This document shows, piece after piece, positions 56,829 to 64,000 of a stretch of DNA of 64,000 bases; within the stretch, counting starts at the first letter, position 1; every line of letters starts with the position of its first letter. The notes below the pieces were generated by a model that did not search any database, was not told the origin of the DNA, and worked only from the letters and a program-made list of their open reading frames with translations. The translations under genes were made by a program, and so were the position numbers. This DNA comes from Eledone cirrhosa (Eukaryota): the NCBI GenBank assembly GCA_964016885.1, contig OZ024741.1:76260001-76324000 (forward strand), read 5' to 3'.

Positions 56829-56917
56829 TAATAAATTCATTCCACCTCCGCCATCTCAACCTGCTCCAGAGCCACCAGCATTTATAAATGCCAGACCCAG
56901 TTATTCTGCTGTACAAG
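56829..56917 (+). CDS. EPS8: EPS8-like exon (proline-rich)
   Basis: ttacag/..../gtaagc; (N)NKFIPPPPSQPAPEPPAFINARPSYSAVQ resembles EPS8 IPPPPRAPAP; phase 2-1. Confidence 0.8.
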
Positions 56918-57789
56918 GTAAGCCTTTCATAACTATTTCATGGTTGCAGTATCACAATAGATTCTAATTTAGACACAAGGCCAGCAATTTGGGGGAAGGT
57001 GTAAGTCAAATACATTTACTCCAATAATTCGCTGGTACTTTGTTTTATCAATCTTGAAAGTATGGAAAGCAAAGTTGAACTTAGAATGTAGAGCCATAAC
57101 TAAATATCACAAAGTATTTTGACCAACACCCTAAGGGTTCTGTAAGTTCACCACCCATAAGTGGCAATATTGTAATGACCCCAAAAAAAAAAGAAGAGAA
57201 GAATGGAAAGGGGTAAACTCTACATTCTTGGCTGGACAGTATATCTTAGCTGCACCCTGCAGATATCATCATCATCTTACATCTGCTTTCTACACTAGCA
57301 TGGGTTGTATGGATTATCATGGTCTGAGACCAGACTGGACAGAGAGACTTCATCTTGCTCATTATGTTCCATATTTAGCATGGTTTCTACAGCTTTACAG
57401 AGTGTACTAACTGCAGTTTAATGTGGCATCAGCAAGACAACCAAAAGCATTGCATACTGCATCAGCCAAAGAAGCCCACAAAACTGGCAGGTCTAGGGAG
57501 ACCTACAGGATAAAATTGAAAGCATTGGTGGATAAGGAAGTCAGGAACAGGTATGCAGATACTATTGCATTCAAATTCAGAGAACTCCCTGAGCAAATTG
57601 AGGAAGTTGGGAATGTAGAGATTGTTCAGCTCAGTAGTTTCTGCTTCAGCTGTTAAATCCTGCTTCGAAAGAAGCTAATTTTCAATATAAATATTTAAAA
57701 ATATAAATTGCTTTTTAAAACTTTCTTTCTATATCTTGTTTGAAATATACATATATACATAACACACACACACCTCTTATCTAAACATA

Positions 57790-58153
57790 CACACCTATAT
57801 ATCTACCTACCTATTTGCCTACACACATACCTACATATCTACCTACACACCTACCTACACATCTACCTACACACCTACCTGCACATCTACCTACACATCT
57901 ACCTACATATCTACCTACACATCTACCTACATATCTACCTACACATCTACCTACACACCTACCTACATATCTACCTACATATCTACCTACACACCTACCT
58001 ACATATCTACCTACATATCTACCTACATATCTACCTACATATCTACCTACATATCTACCTACACACCTACCTACACACCTACCTACATATCTACCTACAC
58101 ACCTACCTACATACCTACCTACATATCTACCTACATATCTACCTACATATCTA
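57790..58153. repeat. (CCTA)n-derived 12-bp satellite (acctacayayct)
   Basis: Direct inspection. Confidence 0.95.
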
Positions 58154-61100
58154 GATTTTCCGACTGCGCCAACCTGGACTTGGGCAAATCGTAGCGGATC
58201 ATCTAGGTCGTACCTAGATAGGTTCTTAGTTAGAATTAAGGATAAGGACTTTTTAAGTTGTCCAAAAATGCGCATGGTTGGCTATTCAGACCACAAATTA
58301 GTGACCTGCATGGTCAACCTTGACAGAACTCATAGACAGGGCCCCGGTTACTGGAAGCTCAACTTGTCCTTGCCGGCAAGTAGAGCCTACAGGAATCGGA
58401 TTAGTACGTTAGTTAAGGAACGGTTGACTGGAGCGATCGTCAACAGCAGGTGGTGGGTATCTCTAAAGAGAGAGATTAGAGTAGTCTCGATAGAATTTAG
58501 TAAGGTTCTAGCTGCGGATAGGAATAGGAAGGAAAGGGAGCTAATAGATAGAGTAGAAGAGGCAATTAGAAGCGGCGACGTGGCCAGAGTGCTAGCGTCG
58601 AGAACGGCTTTGAGCCAGTTTTTCGACGCGAAGCACGAAGGCTGCGTTGTCCGAAGTAAAATACGTGCTCTAGGGAACGAGGGGACCAAAACTGTTAGCT
58701 GGGCTCGCGTGACAGAGGCCAACAGTGGAACTAAATCCACCATCCGGTCTTTGCGAGACCTGGATGGACGGGCGATTCTTGAGCCTAAGCAGATGTGTGA
58801 GGCCTTTCAAAGGCACTTTGCCCGACTGTTCGGGAGGGGCGGGGAGCCGGTTGGGAACGTGGACTTCGGTCCATACCTCGACGGCCTGCCGCGCCTCTCG
58901 GACAGGGAGGCGAAGTCCTGCGAGGAGCCGATTTCGGCCGCTGAGATAGAGGACGTGCTGAGCCAATGCGGCAAACGCAAATCCCCGGGTCTCGATGGTC
59001 TTCCTTACGAATTATATCTAGCTATGCCGGACTTGTTCCCCGATCTCCTCGAGGCGGTCTACTGCAACTGGCAACAGAACGGGAGAATTCCCTGTACTGT
59101 GACCAAGGGCGTAGTCACGCTAGTGAGGAAGGACGAGAACAAGGGGGACGAAATAAGTAACTTCAGGCCCATAACACTGCTAAATACAGAGTTACAGATT
59201 TTGGCCAAGGTGCTAGCAAAGAGGTTGGCGCTTGTCGTGGGCAACCTGGTGGGAGATGCGCAGACATGCGCTATCCCGTCCAGGTCCATCCATGACAACC
59301 TCCACCTCATGCGATACATCATAGAGAGGGTTGGGAACGAACCCGGCTTTGGTGGGGCTCTGATCAACTTGGATCAATCTAAGGCGTTCGATAGGGTCGA
59401 CCATGGTTACCTGGATGCGGTGCTAGCGGCGGCAGGCTTCGGACCCGTTTTCAGGGGCTGGATCACTGCTATGCACAGCAGCCGCATCTGCTCTAGGGTC
59501 AAGGTGAACGGCTACCTCTCGGAGCCGTTCAAAATCGCGCGGTCCATCCGACAAGGGTGCCCTCTCTCCTCCCTTCTGTATGTGTTGACTCTCGAGCCAC
59601 TACTGCGGAAGTTGGAGTTGTTGCAGGGCATCCCTTTGGAACCGGGATTGCGGAAAGCGGTGTCGGCCTACGCCGATGACGTGACAGTAATGGTGTCGAC
59701 GGCCTCCGAAATCGAGGCGGTCGGCACCTTACTGGAGGAGTACGAAAAGTTCACAGGGGCTAAGCTGAACCGGGACAAGTCGATCGGTTTGCAACTCGGC
59801 ACGTGGAGGGGCAGACCGATGCCCTCCGATGGCGTCGTCGGACGCTGGACGGAGGGCCCGGTGAAGTTGCTCGGGGTCTGGTTCGGACCGGACCTCCAGG
59901 TGGAGAAAAACTGGGCGGAGGTTACGAACAGGGTGTTTGCACTGACCCAGAAGTGGGCCAGTTGCAAACTATCCCTGAAAGGTCGGGCGGAGGTGGCGAA
60001 CACCTACATAGCGTCCGTCATCTACTACCGCCTGACCGTAGTGCCCTGCCCAAGGGAAACCCTCACCAAGATGGAGCGCGCGCTCTTCCAATTCCTTTGG
60101 AAGAGGCGGGCTCCTATGGTGAGGAGATCCATCTGCTGTCAACACCCTTCGAAAGGAGGGCTGGGGATGCCGTGGCTAATGATGCGTAAACACGCATTAA
60201 AGCTACGGCACCTCTACGTATTCCTCACCGGACAACCGGTGTGGGCCTCGTTTGTGAGACGAACCTTTCCCAGACTCGTCTCACTCACCGAGCTGCAATC
60301 CTGGGTCAAGCAAAGACCGAGAAAACTGGGCGCCTGGCACACTGAGTGTGCCCAGGCGCTCACCGCCCTCTGGCAGGCGGATCCGGTTATCAGTGGAGAC
60401 TCCACCGCAACATTCTATAGAGGGCTGGTACGCAGCAGGTGCGACGACGCCCTCGGAGAAGCCCTAGACATGGAGGAGGACGAACTGGCCAGCCTGTTCG
60501 GTAGGACATTCAGCCCGGGACCTATGGACAACTTCCAGAAGTCCCTGGCCTGGCAGTGTTACCGAGGGGCTTTACCCGTTCGAGAAAGGCTCTACAGACA
60601 CGGGCGCCCGGGTAGGGACCCCGCCAAAAAGATCTGTCCCAGATGCGTGTGCGACGAGGAAACCGTTGCACACGCATTGGTACACTGCTCGGGCGTAGCC
60701 GATCTGTGGGGCTATGTCGAACAACTGCTGTCAAGGGTGGGACCGATCCGGTTGACCACCGAGTCTATTGTGATGATCAAGCCGCCTCCCCCCTTCAAAG
60801 ATGAAGCAGGGGCGGTGTTTCTGTGCGTGATAGCCATGGCGAAAGAGGTTGTATGGTGGACGCGTCTCAAAGGACTGAGGTCAGGCACCTTTCTCTCTGG
60901 CCAACAACTGGTCCGTTTCTTCCGATATCATTTCGGAAGAAGGATCAGGATGGAGAGAGAGGTGCTGCACCCCAGCCGTTTCTATGAAAGATGGGTGAAA
61001 GTGGCGAGAATGGCCCGTGTGAATGGGCCTTCACTCTACATCAGACTATAGGTGAGGAAGATGAAAGACCAAGGGAGCACCCCTTCTCTGTGCTCCTGAG

Positions 61101-61313
61101 GAGAAGGGTTGCACACTTTTTTCGGGGGTGTGTGCGACCCCCCAAGGCGCCTCCTCTCTATTGAGGATTTTGTTAAAAATTTTATTTTTTGTTATATCTT
61201 ATTTTATTTTTATATTTTGTTATTGCCTCCTCCTTATTGAGGACGCCTTTTTGTGTAAACTCCCCCCTTTGTACTTGTCCCACTTTTGATGCCCTAGTGG
61301 CAAATAAAAGAAA
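58154..61313 (+). mobile_element. Tx1/L1-clade LINE copy 1, 5'-truncated within the endonuclease; ORF2 open to 61051
   Basis: TW..SYLDRF..SDH, GYWKLN, KSPGLDG, DQSKAFD, RQGCPLS, YADD, GGLG, CCHC knuckle CPRC..ETVAHALVHC; 3' end AATAAAAGAAA; about 55-60% GC by eye versus AT-rich host. Confidence 0.93.
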
Positions 61314-62226
61314 CATATCTACCTACATATCTACCTACTTATCTACCTACACACCTACCTACATATCTACCTACACACCTACCTACATACCTACCTACAT
61401 ATCTACCTACACATCTACCTACATATCTACCTACTTATCTACCTACACACCTACCTACACATCTACCTACACACCTACCTACACACTTACCTACATATCT
61501 ACCTACACACCTACCTACATATCTACCTACACACCTACCTACATATCTACCTAAATATCTACCTACATATCTACCTACACACCTACCTACATATCTACCT
61601 ACATATCTACCTACACACCTACCTACACATCTACCTACATATCTACCTACATATCTATCTACTTATCTACCTACACACCTACCTATATATCTACCTACAC
61701 ACCTACCTACATATCTACCTGCATATCTACCTACTTATCTACCTACACACCTACCTACACACCTACCTACATATCTACCTACACACCTACCTACATATCT
61801 ACCTACACACCTACCTACATATCTACCTACACACCTACCTACATATCTACCTACACACCTACCTACACATCTACCTACACACCTACCTACATATCTACCT
61901 ACACATCTACCTACATATCTACCTACATATCTACCTACACATCTACCTACACATCTACCTACACACCTACCTACACATCTACCTACATATCTACCTACAC
62001 ATCTACCTACATATCTACCTACACATCTACCTACATATCTACCTACACACCTACCTACACACCTACCTACACATCTACCTACACATCTACCTACATATCT
62101 ACCTACACATCTACCTACATATCTACCTACTTATCTACCTACACACCTACCTACATATCTACCTACACACTTACCTACATATCTACCGACACACCTACCT
62201 ACATATCTACCTACACACCTACCTAC
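61314..62226. repeat. (CCTA)n-derived 12-bp satellite
   Basis: Direct inspection. Confidence 0.95.
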
Positions 62227-64000
62227 CCGGTCTTTGCGAGACCTGGATGGACGAGCGATTCTTGAGCCTAAGCAGATGTGTGAGGCCTTTCAAAGGCACT
62301 TTGACCGACTGTTCGGGAGGGGCGGGGAGCCGGTTGGGAACGTGGACTTCGGTCCATACCTCGACGGCCTGCCGCGCCTCTCGGACAGGGAGGCGAAGTC
62401 CTGCGAGGAGCCGATTTCGGCCGCTGAGATAGAGGACGTGCTGAGCCAATGCGGCAAACGCAAATCCCCGGGTCTCGATGGTCTTCCTTACGAATTATAT
62501 CTAGCTATGCCGGACTTGTTCCCCGATCTCCTCGAGGTGGTCTACTGCAACTGGCAACAGAACGGGAGAATTCCCTGTACTGTGACCAAGGGCGTAGTCA
62601 CGCTAGTGAGGAAGGACGAGAACAAGGGGGACGAAATAAGTAACTTCAGGCCCATAACACTGCTAAATACAGAGTTACAGATTTTGGCCAAGGTGCTAGC
62701 AAAGAGGTTGGTGCTTGTCGTGGGCAACCTGGTGGGAGATGCGCAGACATGCGCTATCCCGTCCAGGTCCATCCATGACAACCTCCACCTCATGCGATAC
62801 ATCATAGAGAGGGTTGGGAACGAACCCGGCTTTGGTGGGGCTCTGATCAACTTGGATCAATCTAAGGCGTTCGATAGGGTCGACCATGGTTACCTGGATG
62901 CGGTGCTAGCGGCGGCAGGCTTCGGACCCGTTTTCAGGGGCTGGATCACTGCTATGCACAGCAGCCGCATCTGCTCTAGGGTCAAGGTGAACGGCTACCT
63001 CTCGGAGCCGTTCAAAATCGCGCGGTCCATCCGACAAGGGTGCCCTCTCTCCTCCCTTCTGTATGTGTTGACTCTAGAGCCACTACTGCGGAAGTTGGAG
63101 TTGTTGCAGGGCATCCCTTTGGAACCGGGATTGCGGAAAGCGGTGTCGGCCTACGCCGATGACGTGACAGTAATGGTGTCGACGGCCTCCGAAATCGAGG
63201 CGGTCGGCACCTTACTGGAGGAGTACGAAAAGTTCACAGGGGCTAAGCTGAACCGGGACAAGTCGATCGGTTTGCAACTCGGCACGTGGAGGGGCAGACC
63301 GATGCCCTCCGATGGCGTCGTCGGACGCTGGACGGAGGGCCCGGTGAAGTTGCTCGGGGTCTGGTTCGGACCGGACCTCCAGGTGGAGAAAAACTGGGCG
63401 GAGGTTACGAACAGGGTGTTTGCACTGACCCAGAAGTGGGCCAGTTGCAAACTATCCCTGAAAGGTCGGGCGGAGGTGGCGAACACCTACATAGCGTCCG
63501 TCATCTACTACCGCCTGACCGTAGTGCCCTGCCCAAGGGAAACCCTCACCAAGATGGAGCGCGCGCTCTTCCAATTCCTTTGGAAGAGGCGGGCTCCTAT
63601 GGTGAGGAGATCCATCTGCTGTCAACACCCTTCGAAAGGAGGGCTGGGGATGCCGTGGCTAATGATGCGTAAACACGCATTAAGGCTACGGCACCTCTAC
63701 GTATTCCTCACCGGACAACCGGTGTGGGCCTCGTTTGTAAGACGAACCTTTCCCAGACTCGTCTCACTCACCGAGCTGCAATCCTGGGTCAAGCAAAGAC
63801 CGAGAAAACTGGGCGCCTGGCACACTGAGTGTGCCCAGGCGCTCACCGCCCTCTGGCAGGCGGATCCGGTTATCAGTGGAGACTCCACCGCAACATTCTA
63901 TAGAGGGCTGGTACGCAGCAGGTGCGACGACGCCCTCGGAGAAGCCCTAGACATGGAGGAGGACGAACTGGCCAGCCTGTTCGGTAGGACATTCAGCCCG
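62227..64000 (+). mobile_element. Tx1/L1-clade LINE copy 2, differently 5'-truncated, runs off the window
   Basis: Matches copy 1 from 58744 (offset 3483) with only a handful of substitutions. Confidence 0.95.

Noticed and set aside
57815-58153. (PTHL/PTYL)n N-terminus fused to Tx1 ORF2
   Set aside because: Stop-free satellite read in frame from a TTG; the element is simply 5'-truncated.

Overview
AT-rich, microsatellite-dense animal DNA. The SINE/LINE content suggests a mollusc, probably an octopus/cephalopod (inference). About 1-32.5 kb is a nest of young retroelements inserted into (TA)n tracts. It holds a 310-bp tandem array whose every unit carries a type I hammerhead ribozyme on the minus strand (retrozyme-like). 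It also holds three Penelope-like families (Naiad-type, one with an intact RT-GIY-YIG ORF), each with its own hammerhead variant, and two RTE LINE families with a PHD finger inserted inside the RT domain (one copy with an intact ORF). About 33-57 kb is intronic/intergenic DNA with tRNA-derived SINEs, MITEs, a 279-bp near-perfect palindrome, a piggyBac fossil and five phase-consistent exons of an EPS8-like gene (PTB domain). At 57.8-64 kb two near-identical Tx1/L1-type LINEs sit in a (CCTA)n-derived satellite. Most long ORFs in the supplied track are microsatellite or antisense artefacts. All folds and family assignments were made by eye, with no database search.
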